A stretch of 64,000 bases of DNA from Tubiluchus corallicola. Taxonomy: Eukaryota; Animalia; Priapulida. Position numbers and translations under genes: made by a program. The notes beneath the pieces were generated by a model. The model made no database searches, was not told the DNA's origin, and saw nothing but the letters and a program-made list of their open reading frames with translations. Location of the stretch: contig JAQGDQ010000646.1 of NCBI GenBank assembly GCA_030141605.1, positions 55,843-119,842 on the forward strand. The letters run 5' to 3'. Shown here piece by piece: positions 37,896 to 50,958 of this stretch. Position 1 is the first letter of the stretch; each line of letters begins with the position of its first letter.

Positions 37896-38642
37896 CCAGA
37901 CTCTAAATTCTTTCTCTCCATTTTTTATCATTTTGGCAAGTTCCAAACTTGAATATTTCATTGGCAACAGGTATAAACGTAATCATCTAACGTATGCAGA
38001 AAGACATGTTGCATCTTCTCTTCAACATCTAGTGAACATTTACATGGAGTATGCCAAAGCTTAAGATACCTAGACGAATTATGAAAAACGAAATGTAACG
38101 TTTAAACCCAACTCTGCATCATTCTCGACAAGTATTATTTATGTTGGTCAAAACTGTATGAAGATAACACACAAAAATGCTTGGTGATCTTTTAATCAGG
38201 ACAAGATGGATACTGCAGACATAGACCGACAAAGACTCTTGTTTTATATCCAATATAGTCTAGCAATTAAACAAGCTAATCTGTACAAAATACACTGATC
38301 AATCTTTTACTATGTCGCATTGTGAAGTTACCTTATGAATATAATTTAAAACAACTTAATGAGGCCTTTAAGGAGGCCTACAATAAAGGCATGTTTTAAC
38401 AAGGCGTATTTTATTTCAATTACCCATGATCGGTCTGCACAGGAAATTTGCTTTAATTCGAGTGTACCACATTTTGATTGTATAACGAGAAAGGCAATGC
38501 TGTCGTGAAAAAGGAGAATTATCGGTACAAGTAATAGTTTAATATGTAGTGTATTGAATAGTGACTGTATGTAGATTACACAACTCCAAAATTCAAGAGC
38601 ATTGGCAAACAAGCTTGAACACCTAATGTATACAAGACAGAG

Positions 38643-39082
38643 TTCTCTTCTCTTCTCTTCTCTTCTCTTCTCTTCTCTTCTCTTCTCTTCTCTTCTCTTC
38701 TCTTCTCTTCTCTTCTCTTCTCTTCTCTTCTCTTCTCTTCTCTTCTCTTCTCTTCTCTTCTCTTCTCTTCTCTTCTCTTCTCTTCTCTTCTCTTCTCTCT
38801 CTCTTCTCTTCTCTTCTCTTCTCTTCTCTTCTCTTCTCTTCTCTTCTCTTCTCTTTCTCTCGTCTCTTCTCTTCTCTTCTCTTCTCTTCTCTTCTCTTCT
38901 CTTCTCTTCTCTTCTCTTCTCTTCTCTTCTCTTCTCTTCTCTTCTCTTCTCTTCTTCTCTCCTCTCCTCTCCTCTCCTCTCCTCTCCTCTCCTCTCCTCT
39001 CCTCTCCTCTCCTCTCCTCTCTTCTCTTCTCTTCTCTTCTCTTCTCTCCCTCTCTCCCCTTTCTCTCTCTTCTCTCTCTCTC
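38643..39082. repeat. (TCTTC)n/(TCTCC)n pentanucleotide polypyrimidine tract
   Basis: Directly visible; explains the REEKR and LLFSS ORFs. Confidence 0.97.
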
Positions 39083-40990
39083 GCGCTCTCACATTCTGCT
39101 CTCGAATTTTACCATAATAGTCTTTTTTCCTTTCCTGATGACTCCGTCCATGCTTGTGCTTCTTGTCATTATTTTCATTCAGACATCTTTCTCGCCTTTC
39201 TCCTGTTCCTCCGTTGATCTGCTATTTTCCTCTCCTTTATCTCCTTCTTTGTTCTTATTTCATCACCTTTTGTCTATCTGATGAATTCTACATTAAATTT
39301 CTCGCTTGTTCATGAGTCGTCTAGACATTAGCTCATAATTGCAATGTGTGAAAAAGTTTATTGTAATAACATCAGCGAAACAATTACGTCTAATGCGTAG
39401 CGAACTGTTAAACTTCAATCAGATTTCGCGCAGCGATTTTAACCGAATCCTGATCGATACCCTAGACAAAATATCACAATTTCAACAGTGGATTCAGTCA
39501 ATAAGGCGTCTATTTGCACAATGTAGCAACATTGTTGGTTTTGATAAGCTGACAGTCTATATGTTCTACTGAACAGCTAATAACTTTGGTTTTGGAAGTC
39601 CTAGAATTAGATCTACACGACAGCAATAGAGAGTCGTAAGCACAAAGCAGTCGTACGTAATCAAAACGTAAATAATGTAGTCGGTCGAATCCGAGTCTAT
39701 TACCAATTTATTTATGGTTTGTACTGTACGTAGGGCAAAGTTATGAAAATGCACTAATTTTAAAATTCGCTTAGGCTATCGGTGTAAATACTTTGTGCAG
39801 CTATGTTGGGTCTGACGTTCGGTATAATCTGCAAATCATTACCCGAGCTTTGCCCGCTGATTAAAACCCATAAGAGAGGGGTTCAGCCAGTACTTTGTTC
39901 CGCGGCTCAACAGCTAAGAAGGGTCCCATGCACAGCAACCATGCATCACCCGTCCCCCCTCGAGAACAAGCATTTTCTACTACCCGCAGCCCGACATACA
40001 CTTGCGTTCACATGTTCAATCGTCACTATACTAATCATAAGACACTTACTTCTTTTTATTTGTATTGATTATTAATTATCGTAGGTCTAGCCACCTGGTT
40101 GTACAGACATATGATAACACCAAGATTATCTACCTACAGCTTTCATGAGAGTTTACATCTAAATTTACTGGATATCAAGTTCTCAATTCTGAGAAAAATC
40201 TTTGCATGCCTCAGGGCCCTAAAGGGGTCTAGTACCGCTTTGCAAAATCGATCTTCTAGGCCACTGCCATCGGGTATAACTTGATTATGTAAACTTTCAT
40301 GTAAAAGTTTGATTTTCATAAATAAAATATCTATCTATCTATCTATGTGTATTTGTATTTTTGTGTTGCGCAATTACTGTCTAGGCATATTATATGATTT
40401 TAATTTAATTGTTTAATGCACCTGAGAGTACGTGCTACCGCGATGAAAGCTCATGTGAAGTTTATTGCGGCATATTATCTCTGTGTCGCATGTATGTATA
40501 GGTAATATATTTGTTCTTAGTTATTCCGTTCAAAAATGGGTGTGTGGTAAGGGTGTTTTAAACCTTTAAACCAAAAAGTGAAGCTTTCTAAGCTTCTTTT
40601 TTTGGTAATGTCGTCTTCTAAATTTGCTTTTATGTATGACTTATATTTGTTTCCATCTCAATCTTTATTGGTTAGTAAATGTTCAAGATTTTTTTCTTCC
40701 TTCGCAGCACCTATATGGCAGACAACAGAGATACCCCCACGACAGGATACTTGCCATGGAGTTAAGTCTTCAACGAGAGAGAGAGAGAAGTTTTGTTTAC
40801 TTCATATTAATAGTTACAATTCATATAGCTAAGAGCAAACTTTTACAACCTAGTGATTACGCAAGTATTCAACGTACATCAAGTGATTTGCATAAGAATT
40901 CCGAGTGAAACAATAACTTAGTTATTGTTATTGTGTAACAATAAACAGAAATAATAACTTCTTAATAGCCACCTTTTTGGTAATTTTTTA

Positions 40991-41239
40991 GTTTAAACAT
41001 AATTTATTTAGGATTGGATCAGACAGTTTGAACAACATGATTTAAGATCCTCACCACAACAGACTTTATACACTATTTATAAGAACATTTACAGTAAGAA
41101 TAGACTATACTTACTTTTTAGTATACTTTAGTATACTAAAGTTTTACTACAGTGATACATTAGACATTAGTAAAAAATGATGGTTAGTAAATATTAATGT
41201 ACGATTATTTAAGAATGATGCATTTTATATCAGATAGAA
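40991..41239 (-). mobile_element. Young 5'-truncated LINE 3'-end insertion, copy B, with a 17-bp target-site duplication
   Basis: Perfect direct repeats TTTTTGGTAATTTTTTA at 40974-40990 and 41240-41256. The body matches 29820-30038 apart from about 5 substitutions and one A-run indel. Confidence 0.88.
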
Positions 41240-43505
41240 TTTTTGGTAATTTTTTATATAGGTTGTCTCTAGAAAGTCTCAGTCTCACATAAAAACTAAA
41301 ATAACAGTTTTATATTATCATTACCAGATTTATGGAAAAGGTTTTTTCTTCATATTTGTACGATTTTGTGAGCTTCGCCAATCACTCTGCAGCAGTAGCA
41401 ACATCTTAGTTCCAGGGCAAATTCGTGACTAATTGTTGTTGCGTTCCACTGGGACCTGGCTTCCACTCATTATGTACAGTCCAATAGTTTTGCGCGACGA
41501 GGGTCTGCATGGTCAAATAGGCTTGTGTATAGAAATAATCAGCTTTATCTAGTCAACTTTAGTTTTATTATGGAGCTGATTTACCATCGCTTCGAGATAA
41601 ATGGGGTGAAATTGAGTCGCTCTGAAAATAAGAGACAATTTTTCTCAAGTGAGTCGCACCGACGCATTTATGGTTTTCCGAATTACATTGCGTGTGATTT
41701 CAACAAACTAACAGGACAAGGCGACGTGGGGATATTGGGGATGGGGGTGGAGTTTAGGGGAAGCGACAAGAATTACTAAAACGTTATTAACTTGACAGGC
41801 TGCAGCACTTAAAAACGCTTTAAGCCTTCATATCGAAAGCAAAACTTTAAAATGCATTCAAATTTTTGTAATTAAGTCAAAATATTTGCAGACTTGCTAG
41901 CAACTTCCCCTTTTCTTCATTTTCTTATTCGTAAGATGTCAACAACTAATACGCTTTTAGTCAACCGGGTATTTGGTTGTGAAAGCATTCTTCGTCATTT
42001 TTAAATATTTGGCAGAATTCCCTTGGCAGGAATCACTAAAGAAACATTTAGAATGATTGCGCCGAAGCTGGCGTATGAAAAGCTTGAAATCCAAGGGGCT
42101 TTTGAAATAAAAAACTTTGTGAATTTGGAAAAGTAGGCTAATTTTAGCACCTCATATTTATAGGTGAGATTATGTAGATGATCCTTATACAGATCGATCC
42201 TTATATATGAAATCTTTATAGACGAGATTATTGTTTATTTGATTATTTATAGTTAATGTGACTAAACACAGTGGCTACAGTAGAGTTTTGACAAACATAA
42301 TCATGCAAATTATGTTTCTTATTCTTTTTTATACCATTCCTGTCCATTCCGTAAATCTCTTTGTCTGCGACTTTCTCTACCCATAATGTACTTCGTCTAA
42401 AGTGTCTAGCTATTAGAATACGCAATACAGTCGATTTCTCGAGCGTTATATTTGTAATGTAGTATAGTGTCAGCGAAACTCTCAAAGGACATTCGAATAA
42501 TCTATTGTGTGAGTAAGGTAATAGGAATAAAGCAATAAACCACCTTCATTATTATGACTTTGGCGTGACTACAAGCGATACAAGAGACGATTTTACCAAG
42601 AACACTCAGATGCCCATTTTCCACAAGTGTTTTACAGTGTCTATATGCAAATGAGGCTGATCGTAAACAAGGTTTTAGAACACAAGCTATCTTATCCAAC
42701 CACTCGACTGAGTAGCCATTTCAATCTAACGTTGATCATAAACATATCTGGAATAAGCACTAAATCCGGGTGGCTACGGGTTTAAGTTTTACTTAGCCGC
42801 AGTAGATCGATCAAAGTTTAGGTGACCTGTCACGGGCTCTGGCAAAAACGATGACGCGGTAAGAACTCGAGAAAGATGAATTAGTGCTTCAAAAGTGCGT
42901 GTTGGCGAGAGGTTCGGTCAGTTCTCAGCAAAGTTTTCTGAAAAATGAAAATGTTGAAGCAGAAATAAGAAACTGAAAGTTGAAACTGCAGTTGTATCGT
43001 AGAATTGTCTGGTTTCAAATTTCTTTTTGTAAGTAAAGAGAGAAAATAAAACTGGTAAATTAATCTATTAGATTACTTTGCGCATCTAGACATTATTTGT
43101 GTTAAAACAAATATATAAATTTAAATAAACAAATGTTAAATTGTTAATGTTAGAACATGTTTAACTTTACAAAGCTTTGTCGGTTTACTGATTATAAAAA
43201 ATAGTAAATCTCTTTAAATCCAAATTTCAAGTTGTGCCGGTTTTTTTAAGACTTTTTGCGCCTGTCTAGATGAGAAATATAATGTATTAGAATAATAACA
43301 ACAATAATTCTACAAGGTAAAACTTCTTTCTCTCCTTCCTATTATACATAAATGTAAGTAATCACGTTTAATCATAATGTAATTAAGTAATGTCTGTTTT
43401 TGAACTTGACTGTTTTTAATTGTAAAGCATAAGTGAAAAAAACCGCTATTTTTTATCTTTCGCGCAGCGTACGAGATACAATTCTGTAAATTATTATTCT
43501 TTCTT

Positions 43506-43568
43506 AATAATAATAATAATAATAATAATAACAACAACAACAATAATAATAATAATAATAATAATAAT
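43506..43568. repeat. (AAT/AAC)n microsatellite
   Basis: Directly visible. Confidence 0.93.
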
Positions 43569-44401
43569 TTGTTTCTTATTAGCTAATTAAGACAAAACAA
43601 CAAAGAGTTAATTAAGTTTTGAATGTTAATGTTATGTTCACTAACTTGTAAGTTTGGTGATGTCACGACTGAATTGAGCCTAATGCGTATAAGAATGTCC
43701 ATGAATCTCTCTGTTGCCATATCAATAAGTAGAAGTATTTACAAGTCATTTATCATTAGCGAATATTGACATTAACCAGGCAGCCATTGAACTGACTTTG
43801 ATAAAGCATGCGTGTACAGTCAAACAACGATGCCAATTTTTGATGATGTTTCAGTATCTGGACTCTTGTTGAATTATTATTCTAATTAAGAGTAGGCAGT
43901 CTGTTTCACTGAATAGCGAGCCTAAAGCGATCTTGTCTAGAAAATCAGTTTGCGCTGTTTCGTTTCTGACAATAAATAATAACAAATATTTTAATCGTGG
44001 AAAATTTGCGTTGAAAATATTAAATTTTCAAAACTGACCATATTTTAGAGGGTATCGACTGAAAATTAAGCTTGTTTATTTTAGTAAATCGAATGCTTAA
44101 CTGCCTAAATGAAAGAGAGCACATTTTAACCGGAAAGCCCTGGAAACTCCCGAAAAAGCTCTTAATTTCTCTGTCTTAATCATTTCTAACTTCGCTGGCA
44201 GTGATATATTACAGTTATATATAACAAAACAGGTGCATTGCTTTTTTTGCAGAGCGGGAAAAACAGAATAGTTTTTTCCGATGAGAACGAATTGTTTTTT
44301 GTCGTTACCTTGTCGTGAAAATCGTTAATTTCGATTTGCCTCATGGCCGAGACATCTGTTGTCAAAAACAAAATGAATTTCTATAGAGATGAAAATCAAA
44401 A

Positions 44402-44790
<389 letters not shown>

Positions 44791-45323
44791 AGTGGTTTGT
44801 TTAGTTAAAGACTATGCCTAGCATGCTTATAGCTTTATTTGGCCAAACATCACAGAGGAATTCTTGAGTGTGATACTGTAGATATCATTAATTACGCTCT
44901 GCACGTCAGACTCTTCTGCAAAGGGGCTCTGCCAGGCCACTCATTCCAACTTCTAGTCTACTCTAGTCTCATATTTATGCAAATTGAAAATGCTGTCGGA
45001 TTTACTTTCATTGAATGCTTGCAGTGGCCTATTGATGCAAGAGAGAGAGAGAGCATTGTGCAAGTGTCAGTGCACTGCAGTGGATTGTGAAGTAGCTCAC
45101 TTATGCCTGCACGAGTCGTCAATAATGCGCTCAAATTTTAGTTGCCTGATAGCTTCCGATTTGTACGTTTTTTCAAATCAAGACACCAAGTTTTATAAAC
45201 GCACGGAATATCCTGGCTTAGCTCTGGTTGGGATTAGGGAAAAAGAAACTTCTTAATCTTCTTATTAACAGGCAACTGAGACTTTCTTTCAAAATCCCGA
45301 TGAACTCCTGAAAGAGGCGAGTA

Positions 45324-45888
<565 letters not shown>

Positions 45889-46319
45889 AACTATCAGTAG
45901 AATTCTTGAATATGTGTTCGCTAGATTTTTTACAATCATTGAGCGTATTTTTACAGTTTAGCGAAGCACAAGAAACTAATTCATGTTAGGAGCACAAGTT
46001 CTTGCTGGTTCTGTAATGCTCTTACCCAATTTATTCGAAATATGTTTTTGTATAATTTGACTTCATTTCCGTTAAAACCTAAAGCTGAATTTAAAGGGCT
46101 CAACTTGCAAAAAAGCATGCATAACTTGTAAGAACTGCAGCCATCGTTTCTTCCATTAGGTTCGCTTTACGACTAATCTAATCTGATACCAGTGGTTATG
46201 TGATTAATTTCACCTGCTAACTTCAAAAGAGATTGTACCCTTCAATCGTATGGAAGCTGGGAATCGTAATAGTATTACTTGCGGAATTAGTGACGCTAAT
46301 GTTTTTGTTCATACATAAT

Positions 46320-47070
46320 TGTAATCACAGTTGTAGCTATTGTAACTGTAGTTGTAGATGTATTCGCCGTTGTAGTACTTGTTATATTTATAGTTACAGT
46401 TGAAGACGTAGTTATAGTTGTACACATAGTTATAGTTATAGTTGTAAAGCTGTTGTAGTTCTGGTTGCCATTGTAGTTATAGGAATTATTGTAATTGTAG
46501 TTGTAGTTGTAGTTGTAGTTGTAGTCATAGTCGCAGTCGTAGTCGTAATTGTAGCTACAGTTACAGCGTAATGGCTATAATTGTGTTAGCAGTGGAAGAC
46601 TTAGTTATAATAATATACTTAGTTATAGACTTATAGTGTTATAGCTAATGTTACAGTTATAATTATAGTTACAGTCATAGTTATAATTATAGTAATAGTA
46701 ATAGTCATAGTCATAGTTATAATTATAGTAATAGTAATAGTCATAGTCACAGTCACAGTTACAGTCCCAGTCATTGTCATAGTCATAGTCATAGTCATAG
46801 TAACAGTTATAATCATAGTCATAGTCATAGTCATAGTCATAGTCACAGTTACAGTTACAGTTACAGTTACAGTTACAGTTATAGTCATAGTCATAGTCAT
46901 AGTCATAGTCATGGTCATAGTCATAGATATGGATATTGTTATAGACATAGTTATAGTTATTGTTATAATTATTGTTATATTTATAGTTACAGTTTAAGTT
47001 TACAGTTACAGCTACAGCTACAGTTATAGTTCCAGTAACAGTTATACATGTTTAAATAATTACTGTTGTA
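46320..47070. repeat. Degenerate hexanucleotide array (TAGTCA / CAGTTA / TAGTTA / TAGTTG)
   Basis: Directly visible; explains the MT/VT ORF 46631..46948. Confidence 0.92.
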
Positions 47071-47636
47071 GTTATACGCGATGGTAATTGTTAAATTTCG
47101 TGAACGACCAATAAAGAGCTACTCTCAATTTGTTGCTGTCGACGATGACATTTTGTCCTGTGAGATGCTCATTTACTTTACAGTATCTAATAGTCTTAAT
47201 GGTTTAAGCCACGCGTGCTCTCACACTTTTACATCACTGCAGTGTGGATAGATAGAATTACAATCGATTCATCTTGTGTCTAGCCGGGATTTGAATATCA
47301 TGACTTTGTAAATACCATGCTGTACGGGTGTCCCATTAGAGAATTAATTCACAAGAATCACATGATTCGACTCTTCAATGGTCGAGCAATGCCTTCAACA
47401 AGCAACAACTTCTAAAATGCAATTGATAATTAAAAAAAGTAAAATTGATAAGCTGAGCTACAAGACATTATCTTTGTCTCCATCTCTCTCTCCCACTCTG
47501 TTCCCCTTTCTCTCTCGCTTTCTCTCTCTTGCTTGCTCTTTTTCTTCTCTCTTTTCCTCCTTTTCTACTTCTGCTCTCTGTTCACGGTACATAAACAAAG
47601 TTGAAATAAAGAAGTAAATCAAATCTCTCCTTTTCT

Positions 47637-47682
<46 letters not shown>

Positions 47683-48859
47683 CCCCCCTTTCTTTTGACT
47701 TTGGGTAACGTGTGTTTCTTACATATATGTAAGTATAAGTAGATGCACTTCTCTTGGCAGTATAGATTAGAAAAAAGCATAATAACTATGCTACTTTAGA
47801 CGATGACGCGTTGTTTACTTATTATTATTCATCAGTTCATCTCTTACATTAATCCATATAATAATCACTTGTACAAACAGTTTTTATACTATACACTCGT
47901 ATTTGTAGATATAAATTTCAGATCAGTATCGTAGGTGCTATTCCAGCTAACTAATCAGTCAGTTTGTTCCTTCAAGTATGCCAATAATATCTGCAAAAAG
48001 AAACCTTTGGTTGGTGGACGTGTCGTCCTTAAGCCAACTAATGTCAAAGCCTATGATATGATTCTCTCTCTACAGGCAGTAATGTGAAAAAATGACCGTT
48101 TCATTCGAACCGGGTGCAGAAGCCGTAGTTAAAGGAAAACCAATGATTGTTTAGAATCAATGTCATTTTATTTTATTGTCCAAAATGTACATTTTCTTGC
48201 TTTAAAAGTTAGTTGCATAGCTTATATTTGAATAATTAGCTTAGAAAGTTAATCAACGACAACCGAACAACAGCTATTGCTCACGTCAGAAACTAACCAC
48301 AGTTTGTGCAAAGGCAGGCATCTTCCCTTGCGCGTCAAGCACGTTGGCGTAACTGTTACAGTACTGCTTAAACGCGTGATGTCACGAAAATGGGCTGTTC
48401 GTCATATGACGTCAGAAACTAACACTGCAGCTCATGATCATGGTTATCACGGTACTGCCTTCTATTTGCCGGCCACGCGTATATGACAAAAAGGCACCGT
48501 TGCCAATCTTAGTAGATTCACTGAGCCGCGCGTAGCTTTGAAAGTTTAACAAAATTTGAGTATCCGAGGTAATTATTATTTAATCTAAGCTTTGATTTAA
48601 AAAAGGTAGTTTTCAATATTTTCAAGCATTCTTTATTCTAAACTAATGTATACACCGGTTTTCCTTTAAAGATCCTAAAAACCTTGAAGTGATTTCAAGT
48701 AGTTAGCTGACAACTTCGCCTTACAAGTGTTCACTATTTTCAATATTTTATTAGAGCTTTGTAGTTCTCATTTCATACCCTCTTCACCTTTTTCGCGGAC
48801 ATCTTATTCGCTAGCAGAAATTTTAGCGTTTACAAATGATACCTCTTTTTGCCCTCTGT

Positions 48860-49780
48860 TAAGGTTCATTATGTGAAAAAAGCTCGTTGTACATATGGAA
48901 TAATAAAACATTGTGTAACAAATCGCTAAATTCATCGTTACGTAAGGAATTTTTCATCATCATGTAGCAATTTTTGCATCATTGTGTTAGAATCGTTATA
49001 TTAGTGCATTGTGTGAAAGACAAACGCGGTTTCATCCTGGTCTGCAATGGGCCTTATAACGGTCTGAATGTGGTCTAGTTATTGCAGTGGGCTAGTTTCT
49101 TTCTATTCTAAATGTGGGTCTGGATCCAGCTCGATGTGGTCTAGCCTGGGGTCTCGATCTGGTATACCAGAAACCTTCCTTTCAGGTATTTGATCTATCA
49201 GAGATCTGGTCTGTTTAAGCCTGATCCGTCGAAAGTCTGATTTGGTTGGGTTTGGTTTGACATAAGTATTGGCTTGGCAATGCAAGAAAAAGTAAAGTGG
49301 TCCTAAACGGGAAATGGTATTTTTGGATACTGCACGGATCCCTAGTTCTTCGTCATCTTGCTGGGAAAATCTTGTATCTGGGAAAGCTAGCACAAGGAAC
49401 ATGAACAGACGAATAACATCAACGCTGATTTGCAGGCCGTTTTTCCAATTGAGTGTAGTTATACGAAATCCAGCTAGATCTCAGACAGACCAGCCATAGA
49501 CCAGACCTCTGATGGATCGCTCAGACAGACCAGCTAGACTCCCGACAGAAGAAAGCTGTCCTAGTCCAGTAATTACCACGTCGAGACCACGACAGGACCC
49601 AATTATAGAGAACATGACTGTCTTGTTACATAATGCGTCATTTTTTTTTACATAATGACGGTTACATAATGATGTAAAATTTGTTACATAGCGACGAATT
49701 TTTTTGTGATTAGTTTTTTTGTGTTTTGCGTTTTTTTTGTGCTTCATTGTTACATATTGAGCTTTGACGTCCTCTTTTGT
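48860..49780. mobile_element. Degenerate foldback-type DNA element with subterminal CATTATGTAAC-like repeats
   Basis: Left side has several CATTGTGTAAC/CATCATGTAGC units (48865-49020). Right side has the inverted GTTACATAATG units (49620-49765). The GC-richer core has GGTCT-rich left and AGACC-rich right halves. Confidence 0.45.
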
Positions 49781-49918
49781 TTCGGAGCTGTGCACTATCT
49801 TATACATTCATGACAATTGTTGATTATTAGTTGATATGTCTTGGTGACTGTGTCCGTATATTTTTATTTTTGAAGAGAGGTTGTATGTAGTTTTAAGCTG
49901 AATATCTTATGATCGAAG

Positions 49919-50299
49919 CAGGACCGAATTATGATCTTTTGGGGGCGCCTACGCCAATGAAATTATCCAAATTAATGAATCCACCAATTTGCTCGCACTC
50001 GTCTCGAACATTTTTTACTTGTGATATATTCGAGCAACATCTGCATAACTGGGAACATCATAGTTCAAATAAAGGGCTTCAAAGAGGGGCCGTTTTCTCA
50101 AACAAAGGGTCTCAAACAGGGATTCTTTTTTTCAAACGAGGAGCCACTTCGAAATTGGTTTTGAAGACTTTCTGGCCTATTTTTTAAAGTTTTTATTTTT
50201 TAAACTGTATAAATTATTCAGCAGTGCAAAGTTTGACCTCCCATACTCGAGGGACCCTAGGCTGAAGCCTATACTAGCCCATAGAGCAATCCAGCCCTG
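49919..50299. mobile_element. hAT-type MITE
   Basis: TIRs CAGGACCGAATT ... AATCCAGCCCTG (10/12 and 11/12 matches to CAGGGCCGGATT). 8-bp target-site duplication GATCGAAG (49911-49918) / GATCGTAG (50300-50307) with one mismatch. Confidence 0.75.
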
Positions 50300-50726
50300 G
50301 ATCGTAGTAGTTAAGAACTGGAGAAAAATAAGATTAAAAAGAAGCAAACTGCAAATTCGTCCACATTTTCTCTAAGTGGATGTATTAAATTCTGAGATCA
50401 TTTTAGTGTTAGTGAAATGTTTGACGCGAGATTAGATTGAAAAGAATGCGCTTGAACATAAATCTACAACTGCTTATCATGGTTTTGCAGCCACCTGTCC
50501 AGCAGACAATGCAGTAACAATGTTATCGGGGCATTATAGCAAAATTTATTGTCCAGTGCAATAGACAAATCGGAAGAAATTCGCGAAGGACAGTAAAATT
50601 TGATGACAGCAACGGGCATAATCGCGTTCTCCTCGGTTTGCACAGAGGACGTTTAATGGAAAAAGAGTGTGCCTGGATATTTTGAATGTAAGGAGGGAAG
50701 TTACTGAAAGATATGCAGCACACGGT

Positions 50727-50958
50727 GAGTTATAAGTAACTAGATGAGGGATCATTGGTTACTCGATCTTATTTGAGTGTACAGAAGATAGTGCTCTGGG
50801 AGTTAAGCAACAGGTTGCGTGTTATAAGTGACCGGACGAGAGATCATTGGTTATGGTTACTCGGTCTTAATTCGATGTTCTGGATGTATCGAAGACAGCG
50901 CTCTGAAAGTTAAGCAACGGACTGCGAGTTATAAATAACTGGATAAGAGATCATCTTA
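50727..50958. repeat. Diverged tandem repeat, ~2.3 copies of a ~90-110-bp unit
   Basis: GTTATAAGTAAC..GA.GAG.GATCATTGGTTACTCG.TCTTA...GAAGA.AG.GCTCTG..AGTTAAGCAAC recurs. Confidence 0.8.

Noticed and set aside
38346-39117. Charged coiled-coil (REEKR)n protein
   Set aside because: Translation of a (TCTTC)n microsatellite.
42243-42699. Coding exons on the minus strand (two adjacent short ORFs)
   Set aside because: No recognisable domain, non-ATG starts and weak splice signals.
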